Assembly (NCBI GenBank): GCA_964634935.1
Contig: CAZWJT010000007.1
Span: forward strand, 77,808 to 141,807
DNA length: 64,000 nt
Direction of reading: 5' to 3'
Source: an uncultured Planctomycetia bacterium
GTDB taxonomy: Bacteria; Omnitrophota; Gorgyraeia; Duberdicusellales; Duberdicusellaceae
Below are positions 1 to 9,971 of the stretch, piece after piece. The translations under genes were made by a program, and so were the position numbers. Every line of letters begins with the position of its first letter. Position 1 is the stretch's first letter. The notes beneath the pieces were generated by a model, which was given only the letters and a program-made list of their open reading frames with translations, was not told the origin of the DNA and made no database searches.

Positions 1-36
1 ATTCTTGTTCTTCCGAAACGGAAGTAGCGATTTGCT

Positions 37-696
37 GTGAGTAGTCGAACTTCATTAGGAAAGAAATTACGTACGGCCATAGGTATTCAGGCGTTCCGGA
101 ATTTCGCATCTTTCTATCGAGGGATATTCACTGATCTTCAGAAAGCGTGTGATTCTTTTCCTGAGTTTCTTCCGGGATCGGAAATTCTCGATTTAGGTTG
201 CGGCGGGGGAGAGTTTGCCAACTTACTCCTGCATCGTTACCCCAGCGTCCATATTACACTTTTAGATATTGATTCAGATATTGGATGGGCGGTTTCCGAA
301 CGGTTCAAGCATAGGGTTTCTTTTGTTCCGTCAGCTTCACTTTCGCAGTACCGGTTGTCCTGCGTGCAAATTCCTCAATATATCATTATTAGCGACGTAT
401 TGCATCATCTCCATCGGAACGAACTTTCAGAATTTTTCCATACTTTAGCTGCATTTATTGGCGGCAATCCCATAACGGTATTGATTAAGGATATAGAACC
501 GGGGTTTTTTCGTTCACATCTTTCCTACTGGGCCGATCGCTTTATTACCCAGGAGCAGGAAGTGAATCTACTACATGAAGAACAAGTACTCAGCGAAATA
601 AGAAAACTGTGGCCATCCGCACAGATTGAGAGAACTGATCTTTTTAAGCGCGACAGGCCAAATTATGGTCTTGTGATTCGTTGTAATCAGACATGA
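37..696 (+). CDS. class I SAM-dependent methyltransferase
   Basis: The glycine-rich SAM-binding motif 'LDLGCGGGEFANLL' is present. It is followed by an acidic loop. The ORF sits at the head of a glycan gene cluster. Confidence 0.6.
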   Translation: MSSRTSLGKKLRTAIGIQAFRNFASFYRGIFTDLQKACDSFPEFLPGSEILDLGCGGGEFANLLLHRYPSVHITLLDIDSDIGWAVSERFKHRVSFVPSASLSQYRLSCVQIPQYIIISDVLHHLHRNELSEFFHTLAAFIGGNPITVLIKDIEPGFFRSHLSYWADRFITQEQEVNLLHEEQVLSEIRKLWPSAQIERTDLFKRDRPNYGLVIRCNQT

Positions 697-1505
697 CGAA
701 GTTTGTTTCTATGGAGCATACGTTTGCGGTTTTGGCGTATGGGGATTCCCCGTACATTGAAGCATGCATAAAATCACTACTGGATCAGACGGTTCAAAGT
801 CATATTGTTCTTTTTCATTCCAAAAAAACAGATTTTCTCGATGCGCTTGCAAAGAAGTACGGGATTCTTATGGTAGCTACCGGAAAAACTGCAGGCATTG
901 GAATGGATTGGACTTATGCCTACAATTTCTGTAAAACAAAATATCTTACGCTTGCCCATCAAGACGACATTTATCTTCCCCAGTATACAGAACTGTGTCT
1001 TGCTATGGCTCAGAAATTGAACCAAAGAAATTTTTTAATTATTTTCACTAAGTACTACGAGCTGGTAAATGGGAAAATCCGTCGATGGAGCGGAAACCTT
1101 TTTATGAAAAACATTCTTACGTTGTTTTTTTGTTTTAAAGGCAGTATTAGTTCTTGTTTTATGAAAAAATTGTTTCTATCATTCGGGAATCCTATTTTAT
1201 GCCCGAGTGTTTTTTACAACCGAGAACGGATTGGCAATTTCCAGTTTTCACAGAACCTTTTATCGAATCTTGATTGGGAGGCTTGGTTGCGTCTCGGTGG
1301 GCAAGCGGGAAAATTTTGCTATATCAACACGGCGCTTGTGCTCCACCGGATTCACTCTCAGTCGCAAACGAGTATTCAAACCAAAGAGAAAGTACGAGTC
1401 AAGGAAGATGCATTCATGCTCAGGCAATTTTGGCCAAGGCCGATTGCCTACGTATTGAGCTTTTTCTATCGATTAGGGTTATTATCGAATAAAGTCGAAA
1501 GGTAA
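693..1505 (+). CDS. glycosyltransferase family 2-like protein
   Basis: The N-terminus 'FAVLAYGDSPYIEACIKSLLDQT' is GT2-like. There is a 4-nt overlap with the upstream methyltransferase, which suggests translational coupling. Confidence 0.5.
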   Translation: MTKFVSMEHTFAVLAYGDSPYIEACIKSLLDQTVQSHIVLFHSKKTDFLDALAKKYGILMVATGKTAGIGMDWTYAYNFCKTKYLTLAHQDDIYLPQYTELCLAMAQKLNQRNFLIIFTKYYELVNGKIRRWSGNLFMKNILTLFFCFKGSISSCFMKKLFLSFGNPILCPSVFYNRERIGNFQFSQNLLSNLDWEAWLRLGGQAGKFCYINTALVLHRIHSQSQTSIQTKEKVRVKEDAFMLRQFWPRPIAYVLSFFYRLGLLSNKVER

Positions 1506-1531
1506 AAATTATCTGATCTGCCGGATACGTT

Positions 1532-2866
1532 ATGGCAAAAATTTTACTTATTACGTATTTTTTCCCTCCCCACAATTCTATCCCGTGCCGGAGGGTCTAT
1601 GCTTTTGCAAAATTCTTAAAGCGTCTCGGGCACGATATTTTTGTTGTTACCGCCGAAAGTCCCGGCGATACGCTTGTGAAAAGTTTTGATGTCGATACTT
1701 CTTCATTTTTCGTCGTGCATGTTCCGTACTTCGATATTCTAAACATCATTTTTCAAATTTATAAACCGAAGGATATTTTAAAGAAGAAAATGCAGACAAA
1801 ATCAGGGCGATTATCCCTGGCGGATATTTTTTTCCGGCTACTTCTCAGAATAAATGGATGGGTTTCTCAACGGGGTATTTTATTCGGATGTACACGATTT
1901 CCTACCGCTTTTGAGTTATGGTTTTTTAAAGCGTATCGGGTAGCTTGTGGTATTATTCAGAAAGAAAACATCGATATCATTATTACAAGTGCACCACCAC
2001 ATACCGCAAGTGTGGTAGGGTATTTTCTGAAAAAACGTTTTCCAAAAATAGTATGGGTTTCGGACTTACGAGATTTATGGGTTGATAACCCAGTTCATCG
2101 AGGGTTGTTTCCCTTTACCATTCTCGAGAAGATATTTGAGAGAAAATCTATCGCATCCAGTGATATTGTTGTTACTGTTTCCGACATTCTGAAGGAAAAA
2201 CTAGTGAAGAAATATCCTGATAAGCAACGTTCGGTGTATTGTATCGAAAATGGGTATGATACAGAACTGTTGATGTGCGCGCAGGAAAGGAAAAATAGAT
2301 TACCGGATACTCCAAGAACTTTGGTTTATGGTGGAACTTTGTATGAAGGACGAAGAGATCCCGAGATCATTTTTTCTGTGCTGAAAGAGAACCATAATAT
2401 GTTTTCCGGGAAGGTAGAAGTCATTTTTTATGGAAATATTCAAACCAAGAACATCATTGGAAAATTGTTGATGCAATATCCAGATATTTGTTCTTTGGTG
2501 CGCTATGGCGGTTTTCTTTCGGCGTCATGCATGGCTCATGAGTATTCCGCTGCTGATAGCCTGCTCTTTTTAGAGGATGATTCCGATAATGGAGGAGTGC
2601 TTACTGGAAAAATTTTCGAATACATCTATTTTCGTAAGCCGATTTGCTGCGTCGGAATCATGGCTGATTCATATGTGGGGGGATTTCTTAAAAAAACAGG
2701 CCTCTGCTTTTTTTGTGAAAAGAGCAAAGAAAAAATAAAGGCTTTTTTAGAGTGTTTCATTTATGACAAGCTTCATCTTCTTCCAGATGAGCAGTATATT
2801 TCCCAATTTACCCGAGAGAAACAAATCGCAAAATTTGATAAGATTATCAAAGGCCATTTAACCTGA
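1532..2866 (+). CDS. glycosyltransferase (GT4/GT-B fold-like)
   Basis: The N-terminus 'KILLITYFFPP...' is typical of the GT4 N-terminal domain. The protein is about 444 aa. Confidence 0.5.
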   Translation: MAKILLITYFFPPHNSIPCRRVYAFAKFLKRLGHDIFVVTAESPGDTLVKSFDVDTSSFFVVHVPYFDILNIIFQIYKPKDILKKKMQTKSGRLSLADIFFRLLLRINGWVSQRGILFGCTRFPTAFELWFFKAYRVACGIIQKENIDIIITSAPPHTASVVGYFLKKRFPKIVWVSDLRDLWVDNPVHRGLFPFTILEKIFERKSIASSDIVVTVSDILKEKLVKKYPDKQRSVYCIENGYDTELLMCAQERKNRLPDTPRTLVYGGTLYEGRRDPEIIFSVLKENHNMFSGKVEVIFYGNIQTKNIIGKLLMQYPDICSLVRYGGFLSASCMAHEYSAADSLLFLEDDSDNGGVLTGKIFEYIYFRKPICCVGIMADSYVGGFLKKTGLCFFCEKSKEKIKAFLECFIYDKLHLLPDEQYISQFTREKQIAKFDKIIKGHLT

Positions 2867-3030
2867 ACTTTTTGTCCTATAAATGGAGTAAGCCACGCTC
2901 TCAACCCCCTAATGCTTTGGTTTGTTTAATCTTTTAGAATAATTTTCTATAACTAACCGCTATTTTTTGTTACAATAACCTTAAGGAAGGGTTTTTCAGG
3001 TGTCTAGTGTATCATTTAACAAAAGGGAAG

Positions 3031-4005
3031 ATGGATCAGCGAATTGCTCTTTTTGGTTGCGGTTATTGGGGTAGAAATCTAGCGCGTAATTTACACGAAT
3101 TCGCTTGCCTGGAAGCAATTTGCGATACTGATCCAGCTGCGGCCTCTGAACTGAGGAAGGTTTTTTCTGGCGTAGCGATTATGTCTGATTCAGATTCAAT
3201 ATTCCGATTGCCTCAAATTACCGCAGTAGCGATTGCAACCCCGGCTGTATCGCATTATCAGATGATAAAAAAGTGCCTCTTGGCGGATAAGGATGTGTTT
3301 GTCGAAAAGCCGTTGGCATTGGATTTACAAGAGGCAGAAGAGCTGGTTCAGCTTGCGGAAAGTCGGAAGCTGATTCTTATGGTCGGGCACATTTTACAGT
3401 ATCATCCTGCGCTCATCAAACTGAAAGAGCTCGTTACGCAAGGAGAGCTTGGTAAAATTCAATATATTTATTCCAATCGTCTTAATATTGGACGTCTAAG
3501 AACCGAAGAAAACATTTTGTGGAGTTTTGCGCCGCATGATATTTCAGCTATCTTGATGCTTTTAGGCGAAGAGCCCGTACGCATATCAGCGTTTGGCGGC
3601 GATTATCTGAACCGAGGGATTTTTGATACCACTCTCACAACCCTTGAGTTTCGCAATGGAACAAAAGGACATATATTTGTAAGCTGGCTTCATCCCTACA
3701 AAGAACAAAGGTTGATTGTTGTTGGGTCCCGGGCAATGGCGGTATTTGATGACATGGTTTCTGAGAAACTATGTATCTATCCGCATGATATCGAGTGGAA
3801 AGACGGGAAGATTCCCGTTGCTCATAAGGCGGAATCAAAAGTTATAGTGGTTGAGCATAAAGAGCCGCTCAAGGAGGAGCTGAGGCATTTTCTCGAGTGT
3901 CTCCAGACTCGCCAGAAGCCAAAAACTGACGGAGAAGAAGGGTTAAGGGTTTTGAGGGTTTTATCAAAAGCAGAACAACTCCTACAGACGAAAAGCCATG
4001 AATAA
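3031..4005 (+). CDS. Gfo/Idh/MocA-family NAD-dependent sugar dehydrogenase (WbpB-like)
   Basis: 'MDQRIALFGCGYWGRNLARNL' is a Rossmann GxGxxG motif. I prefer the ATG at 3031 over the alternative start at 3007 because it is preceded by the RBS AAGGGAAG. Confidence 0.7.
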   Translation: MDQRIALFGCGYWGRNLARNLHEFACLEAICDTDPAAASELRKVFSGVAIMSDSDSIFRLPQITAVAIATPAVSHYQMIKKCLLADKDVFVEKPLALDLQEAEELVQLAESRKLILMVGHILQYHPALIKLKELVTQGELGKIQYIYSNRLNIGRLRTEENILWSFAPHDISAILMLLGEEPVRISAFGGDYLNRGIFDTTLTTLEFRNGTKGHIFVSWLHPYKEQRLIVVGSRAMAVFDDMVSEKLCIYPHDIEWKDGKIPVAHKAESKVIVVEHKEPLKEELRHFLECLQTRQKPKTDGEEGLRVLRVLSKAEQLLQTKSHE

Positions 4006-4558
4006 AGAAAACAAGGAAAGATGTTTTTTTGTGCATTCCAGTTCCTTTGTTGATGAGCATGTTCAAATCGGGAAGGGTACAAAAATCTGGCATTTCTGTC
4101 ATATTCTGGAAGGTTCGCGCATAGGAAAAAATTGCGTTATCGGGCAAAATGTGATGATCGGACCAGATGTGGTGATTGGTGATCACTGCAAAATTCAGAA
4201 CAATGTTTCAATTTATAAAGGAGTTGTTCTTTTTGATGATGTGTTTGTGGGGCCTTCGGCAGTTTTTACCAACGTAATCAATCCCCGAGCTTTCATAGAA
4301 CGGAAGAGTGAATTTAAAAAAACCATGGTTAAAAAGGGCGCTACTATCGGCGCTAACGCAACAATTGTTTGCGGGGTTACAATTGGCAGTTATGCTTTCA
4401 TCGGGGCGGGAAGCGTTGTGACAAAAGATATTCCTGATCATGGTCTTGCGTATGGGAATCCAGCGCGGTTGAAGAATTATGTTTGCAGATGCGGCAATAA
4501 GCTGGAGAAAGAAAAATCGCATTTTTTCTGCGCCAGTTGTCGTGCGAAACAGCGATAA
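3998..4558 (+). CDS. hexapeptide-repeat sugar N-acetyltransferase (WbpD-like) with a C-terminal Cys4 tail
   Basis: There are repeated [LIV]-G-x-x-x-x hexapeptides (left-handed beta-helix). The C-terminus reads 'CRCGNKLEKEKSHFFCASC'. The start overlaps the stop of the dehydrogenase by 8 nt. Confidence 0.7.
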   Translation: MNKENKERCFFVHSSSFVDEHVQIGKGTKIWHFCHILEGSRIGKNCVIGQNVMIGPDVVIGDHCKIQNNVSIYKGVVLFDDVFVGPSAVFTNVINPRAFIERKSEFKKTMVKKGATIGANATIVCGVTIGSYAFIGAGSVVTKDIPDHGLAYGNPARLKNYVCRCGNKLEKEKSHFFCASCRAKQR

Positions 4559-4584
4559 ACCAAATATTTTTATAGAAACTATAC

Positions 4585-5874
4585 ATGTCTACCATAGCTA
4601 TCTTTTGGCGTGATTTTTGTCGTACGTTTGTCAGACATATTTTTACCGCCTTCCTTAATATTTTGGTCGCTGTTTTAATCGCACGATATTGGGGTGTTAA
4701 CGCGAAAGGGTCTTTTTATATTTTAACAACTCTGTGCGGTTTTTTGGTGACTTTTGGTAATTTTGGCATTTCGGCAGCCAATGTCTATTTTATAGGGCGA
4801 GAGCAGAATCTGACATCAGATATCGCCACAAATTCGTTATGGCTTGCTTTTATTAACGGCGTTATATGTGTGATATTGGTTTTTTATCTGGCATTGGCTT
4901 ATCCTCATTTTATTATCAAGGGAATGGATCTTTTTCTGCTCGTCATTGTTTTATGCAGTATACCCTCACAATTTTTTATAGAATTTTCGAATCAGATTCT
5001 TTTAGGTTTGTCAAAAATTTCTTCTTTTAATTGGCTGAATCTATTTTTTTCTCTATCGTTCGCCCTAACTGTAGGAATATTAGTTTTCATGGAGCGAACC
5101 GTTACGAATTTACTTCTTGGATATGTAAGCGTGTTTGCCATCTTTTTTCTCATTTATGTTATTTATTTAAGAAAAATTGTTCATTTTGCCTGTATTTTTC
5201 ATTGGTCTTTATTTCTCCGCATGCTTCGTTACGGGGTCAGGTCCTATGCGGCATGTGTTTTAGGTTTTTTAGTTATTCACTTGAATATTTTTTTTGTTAA
5301 CTACTTTCTCGGCCTTGAAACAGCTGGAGTTTATTCGGTGGTTCTTGATTTCGCTGATAGATTATATGTTTTTCCCGGATTGTTTGGGCTTTTGATTTTT
5401 TCTTATTTCTCAAAACTAAATGTCAATATTTCAATCCAAGAGTTGTTGCGACACGCTGTTTTGGTGATGTCTTTCCTCATCATAGTTACAGGAATAGTGT
5501 TTCCTTTTATGGTGAAATTTCTCTATGGTAGTTCCTTCATTGGAGCAGTTTTGCCATTTGCTTTACTGCTTCCGGGAATATTTTGTTCAAGTATTTCGAC
5601 GATTTTGATGCAATATTTTGCTTCTCAGGGTTTGCCTCCCGTGGTATACACAGCACAGTTTTTCGCTTTGCTGGTGAACGTAACTTGCAATCTTCTTCTT
5701 GCGCCCAGGTTGGGAATGGTGGGAGTTTCTCTTGCGAGTTCTATCGCTTATGGCGTTTTGTTATGGTGTGCTCTACACTATTTTCTAAATTCTACGAAGA
5801 CAAAATTTTCAGAAGTTATGTGTATTCGGCCCAAAGAAATTGTAAGATTATTTCGGTTGCTTCGAGTATCATGA
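4585..5874 (+). CDS. wzx: Wzx-type oligosaccharide flippase (MOP superfamily)
   Basis: The protein is about 429 aa and polytopic (about 12 hydrophobic segments). It lies in a glycan cluster. Confidence 0.65.
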   Translation: MSTIAIFWRDFCRTFVRHIFTAFLNILVAVLIARYWGVNAKGSFYILTTLCGFLVTFGNFGISAANVYFIGREQNLTSDIATNSLWLAFINGVICVILVFYLALAYPHFIIKGMDLFLLVIVLCSIPSQFFIEFSNQILLGLSKISSFNWLNLFFSLSFALTVGILVFMERTVTNLLLGYVSVFAIFFLIYVIYLRKIVHFACIFHWSLFLRMLRYGVRSYAACVLGFLVIHLNIFFVNYFLGLETAGVYSVVLDFADRLYVFPGLFGLLIFSYFSKLNVNISIQELLRHAVLVMSFLIIVTGIVFPFMVKFLYGSSFIGAVLPFALLLPGIFCSSISTILMQYFASQGLPPVVYTAQFFALLVNVTCNLLLAPRLGMVGVSLASSIAYGVLLWCALHYFLNSTKTKFSEVMCIRPKEIVRLFRLLRVS

Positions 5875-6722
5875 AGAAAGTATCAAACGATTTTCACTGG
5901 GAAGAAATTCTGTGTTGTCCTGTTTGCCGCGGTAATGTTGCATTTCATTCTCAATCGGGAACATTTATGTGCTATGTCTGCAGTATCCAATATCCCATGA
6001 ACGATGGGATTCCTATGATGTTTCCTCCCAAGATGGTTTATCAGGAAAAAGAGCCTCTCTATGGGAAATACTATGAATGCTATAAAAAGATTGCCGAAGA
6101 TGATGTGCGGAATCCTATTGAAAAACACAAGGAACAAAGATATGTTCCTTTGAAGCGCTTCATGGGTAACCTTAAAAATGCCCGCGTTTTGGATATAGGC
6201 ACCAGCCAGGGTTTTTTCCTGAATTTATTGCAGGCTCGCCATAAGATAGGAATTGATATTGTTTTTCAGTATCTTCGTATCGCCAAGGAAAGAAATAAAG
6301 TTATTTCGGTAGCCGGGGATGCTGAATTTTTGCCTTTTAAAGATTCATCTTTCGATGTTGTTGTATGCTCGGATGTCCTTGAGCATGTTCTTAATCCACA
6401 GGCGGTCATTAAAAATATTTACCAGATTTTGAGAGAAGGGGGTAAGCTATTCTTGGTTGTTCCATGGAAAGAGGATTTATCCTTTTATGCAGTTTATAAA
6501 AATATTTACGAATTTACCCATTTACGAAGATTTGATGAAAATAACCTCAGTGGTTTCCTAGAGGGTTTTACGGTGCTCCGGAGAAAAGGCGTTATTCCTC
6601 GGAGGCTCTATCGTGTGCCGTATCGCATTATAAAGTTCTTTTTGCACAATATACTTCCTAGCAATTTAGGAATTTCTCTTTTTACCCCAGCGCATCTTAT
6701 GATAGAAGCCATAAAACGATAA
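5871..6722 (+). CDS. SAM-dependent methyltransferase with N-terminal Trm112-like zinc-ribbon
   Basis: 'CCPVCRGNV...CYVCSIQYPMNDGIPMM' is Trm112-like. 'VLDIGTSQGFF' and 'FDVVVCSDVLEHV' are MT motifs I and II. The ATG overlaps the wzx stop (ATGA). Confidence 0.6.
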   Translation: MKKVSNDFHWEEILCCPVCRGNVAFHSQSGTFMCYVCSIQYPMNDGIPMMFPPKMVYQEKEPLYGKYYECYKKIAEDDVRNPIEKHKEQRYVPLKRFMGNLKNARVLDIGTSQGFFLNLLQARHKIGIDIVFQYLRIAKERNKVISVAGDAEFLPFKDSSFDVVVCSDVLEHVLNPQAVIKNIYQILREGGKLFLVVPWKEDLSFYAVYKNIYEFTHLRRFDENNLSGFLEGFTVLRRKGVIPRRLYRVPYRIIKFFLHNILPSNLGISLFTPAHLMIEAIKR

Positions 6723-6723
6723 A

Positions 6724-8814
6724 ATGCTATTCCAGTCTTTCCAAAAATTATTCTTCCAGAAAGGTATTCAACTAGGAAAATTATTACTTAATCCAACAGC
6801 GCTTCTGCATCTGTTTTTAAACTACAATCGAAGATTGCCGAGTTTCTCGAATGATTATTTCTTGCGCATCTATTTTACCACTGCTCGTGTACAAACGAGC
6901 GATGATTTGCTCGTTTATTTTCGAAGCCGAAACGCCCCGAAGCTATTTCCGTGCAATGATATTCAATGCAGTCATGAAGAGCGCATGCATATTTTGTCTT
7001 CAGCAGAAGAGATTTTGCAGCATACCTTTACTGTTTTAGGAGTAGAAAAGAATTTTACCGCATCAATAGACTGGTCAAGTGACTTTTCAGATAAAACTTG
7101 GATGCACGGTAATTACCGAAAGCTAAATTCGCTCTTATATCGGAACGATTTCTTGAATATAGATTATATTGGTGATGTTAAAATACCCTGGGAGTTTAAT
7201 AAACATTCCCATTTTGTGCGGCTAGGTCAGGCTTATGCATTGACTCAGGATGAAAAGTATGCAAAAGAATTTATAAGCCAAATTTCCGATTGGATAGATC
7301 AAAATCCTGTGGGCATGAATCTTCCCTGGACGCAAACTCTGATTGTGGCGCAGAGAGCGATTTCTTGGTGTTTTGCCTTGAGTTTTTTTCTCTTATCACC
7401 CAGTATGACAGGGGGTGATTTTCTAAAGATTTTAAAAGCAATAGCAGCGCACGCGTTTTATATAGAAGCAAATCTTGAGGTATTGTCGGATTCTAACCAT
7501 GCTATTGGCAATATCGCTGGCCTTTTTCTTATTGCGGCATTCTTTCCTGAGTTTAAAGATTCAAAAAGATGGGAGAAATTTTCATTGAAATTTCTCAGGC
7601 ATGAACTCGAGAGACAACTCTATCCGGATGGCGTTGACTATGAACAATCAATTCACTATCATAAGTATATAGCAGACTTTTCAATGCTGTTCGCCATCTT
7701 TTTCCGGCGTAATCAGCTTGCTGTTCCGCAATGGCTATCCAACCAGATTGAAAATATGTTGAGTTTTCTCATGCATATGACGCAGCCTAACGGGCATGTC
7801 CAACCGATCGGTGATGCGGATGGGGCGCGGGTATGGAATTTTTATGATCAGGACATTACTGATTACCGGCAGTGTTTGGCCTTAGGTGCGTTTCTTTTCA
7901 GTAGGGGAGATTTTAAATATGTAGCAGGGGAAAATTTTGGGGAAATAGGCTGGTTTTTTGGCAAAATTGGCATGTTAGAGTACCAGAAGATAAAACCTTG
8001 TATTCCGAGCCCCAATTCTTTTTCGTTTCCTCATGGGGGGTATTATATTATGCGTACGGGATGGCATCAAGATGACACGTGGATATTTTTTGATTGTGGG
8101 CAAATAGGAAGTGGCAAGCATTGTCGTTGGGAAAGTGTTAGCTCTCATGGGCATGACGATATTTTGAATTTTGGATTTTATGCACAGAAACAAATTATTC
8201 TTACCGATAGCGGATCTTACACATACACCGGCGATAAGCAATGGCATGATTATTTTAGATCCTCCAAGAAGCATAACTTGGTTATCGTCGATCAGCAAGA
8301 CGAAAGTATTCATACAAAAACTTGGACGTTGGAGAATCTAGCAAAACCATTTATTTTGAAATGGCATACTTCTTCAGATTTTGATTATGTTAGTGGGGGG
8401 CATACCGGTTATCTTCGTCTAAAGGAAAAAGTTTTAATAAAACGCCATATTTTATTTCTGAAAATTAGCAATAAAATAATCATTAAAGATGAGATTGAAT
8501 CAAAGGGTTCCCATCAAGTAGATATTTATTTCCATCTTTTTCCTGGTTTAGAGCCAGTTCGGATAGCGCCATTGCGTTATATGCTTTATGACAAAATATT
8601 ACTTTCTGTGTTTCTTCCTTATGGTGAAGCCTCGGTATCGAAGAGTTGGCATGCTGTTGACTATGGTAGTAAGACCGAATCAAAATCTATCTGTTACGCC
8701 TTTAAAACTACATCACTCAAGAACAGTATTTATACGCTTATCGATCTCAATACCCAAGGATTTTTGACCGAAAAAGACGTAGACGAATTGTTCAATGGAA
8801 TTAAATTTTTATAA
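6724..8814 (+). CDS. heparinase II/III-family protein
   Basis: The C-terminal 'SHGHDDILNFGF' HxHxD motif and a large alpha/alpha-toroid-like N-terminal region are present. This family is common in O-antigen and capsule loci. Confidence 0.6.
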   Translation: MLFQSFQKLFFQKGIQLGKLLLNPTALLHLFLNYNRRLPSFSNDYFLRIYFTTARVQTSDDLLVYFRSRNAPKLFPCNDIQCSHEERMHILSSAEEILQHTFTVLGVEKNFTASIDWSSDFSDKTWMHGNYRKLNSLLYRNDFLNIDYIGDVKIPWEFNKHSHFVRLGQAYALTQDEKYAKEFISQISDWIDQNPVGMNLPWTQTLIVAQRAISWCFALSFFLLSPSMTGGDFLKILKAIAAHAFYIEANLEVLSDSNHAIGNIAGLFLIAAFFPEFKDSKRWEKFSLKFLRHELERQLYPDGVDYEQSIHYHKYIADFSMLFAIFFRRNQLAVPQWLSNQIENMLSFLMHMTQPNGHVQPIGDADGARVWNFYDQDITDYRQCLALGAFLFSRGDFKYVAGENFGEIGWFFGKIGMLEYQKIKPCIPSPNSFSFPHGGYYIMRTGWHQDDTWIFFDCGQIGSGKHCRWESVSSHGHDDILNFGFYAQKQIILTDSGSYTYTGDKQWHDYFRSSKKHNLVIVDQQDESIHTKTWTLENLAKPFILKWHTSSDFDYVSGGHTGYLRLKEKVLIKRHILFLKISNKIIIKDEIESKGSHQVDIYFHLFPGLEPVRIAPLRYMLYDKILLSVFLPYGEASVSKSWHAVDYGSKTESKSICYAFKTTSLKNSIYTLIDLNTQGFLTEKDVDELFNGIKFL

Positions 8815-9961
8815 GAATTTTTTGCGCCTAAAGAATTTTCTTGCACCGTCACCGATTTGGGGCGCCAAAGAGCTTCTTTGCTATGTTCAATCTCGGTTCA
8901 AAAATACGTGGATTCGTAGGAAGAGTATTGTTCCTTATCCAAAAATAATTTATATCAGTATCAACAGCCGCTGCAATTTAAGGTGCAAAATGTGTGATGT
9001 TGGTCAAAATAACCATGAAGGCCAGTTTTATCAAATGACCAAACGCCCAATGCGGGAAGAACTTGATTTAGAGCGTATTAAAGTGCTTTTCGATGAAATT
9101 TATTCTTTTCGCCCGCTTATCGCAATTACTTCCACGGAACCTTTGTTGCACAAAGATCTTTTACCTATTGTCCAATATGGAAAATCAAAAGGTTTGAGCC
9201 TTCAGGTTACAACAAATGGATTTTTATTGCCTGAATTTGCTGAAGAATTTGTATCTACAGGTTTAGATCTTCTTTGGATTTCTTTGGATGGTCCTGAATC
9301 GGTGCATAATGTCATCAGAGGGAATGACCAATCATTCCAAAAAGCAATTCTTGGGTTGGAACTGATTAATAAATACAAAAAGAAATATCATAAGAATAAG
9401 CCTTTGGTACGTATTAACTATACGATCAATAATTATAATTGCGGTGTTTTAAGTAAATTTATGGCTAGCGTTATTCCATATGATATCCAACAAGTTAATT
9501 ATTCTCATCTTAACTATATTTCAAATGATATCGCCACATACCATAACGCTCGCTTTGGTGGCATTTGTGCTGTTTTACCCAGCAGTATAAGCACAGTGCT
9601 TCCTTGCGAGGTTGATTGCGAGAAGCTTTTAGGGGAAATTGCTTATCTCAAAAAGGCTTATTATTCAAAAACCAGTTTTTCTCCAGAATTAAATACGTTG
9701 GAAGAGATCAAAGAATATTACTGTAATCCTTGGAAATTTATCAAAGGGAAAAAAGATTGTTTTATACCATGGAAGTATGCGCAGATTCTTCCAAACGGTG
9801 ATTGCGTAACAATGACGAGGTGTTTTAATCTGGTTTTTGGTAATCTTTACAAAGATGATTTCCGATCAATATGGAATGGCGTTGAATATCAACAATGGCG
9901 CAAAGTTTTGCGCTTGCACAGAAGTTTTCCGGCTTGTTCAAGGTGCTGTGGCATTTTTTAG
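8795..9961 (+). CDS. radical SAM/SPASM-domain protein
   Basis: 'SRCNLRCKMCDV' is a CxxxCxxC motif. A 'GGE'-like motif region is also present. The C-terminal Cys cluster is '...CVTMTRC...CSRCCG'. Confidence 0.6.
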   Translation: MELNFYKNFLRLKNFLAPSPIWGAKELLCYVQSRFKNTWIRRKSIVPYPKIIYISINSRCNLRCKMCDVGQNNHEGQFYQMTKRPMREELDLERIKVLFDEIYSFRPLIAITSTEPLLHKDLLPIVQYGKSKGLSLQVTTNGFLLPEFAEEFVSTGLDLLWISLDGPESVHNVIRGNDQSFQKAILGLELINKYKKKYHKNKPLVRINYTINNYNCGVLSKFMASVIPYDIQQVNYSHLNYISNDIATYHNARFGGICAVLPSSISTVLPCEVDCEKLLGEIAYLKKAYYSKTSFSPELNTLEEIKEYYCNPWKFIKGKKDCFIPWKYAQILPNGDCVTMTRCFNLVFGNLYKDDFRSIWNGVEYQQWRKVLRLHRSFPACSRCCGIF

Positions 9962-9971
9962 GTATTATCAT

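Noticed and set aside
5583-5870. Long 5' extension of the methyltransferase ORF (379-aa version)
   Set aside because: It overlaps the last ~290 nt of wzx in another frame. The ATG at 5871 (ATGA coupling) gives a protein starting at the Trm112-like module.
9837-9971. 5' extension of the GT4 ORF and the 128-aa antisense ORF 9825..10211
   Set aside because: They overlap the SPASM-domain C-terminus of the radical SAM gene. The ATG at 9972, immediately after its stop, is preferred.
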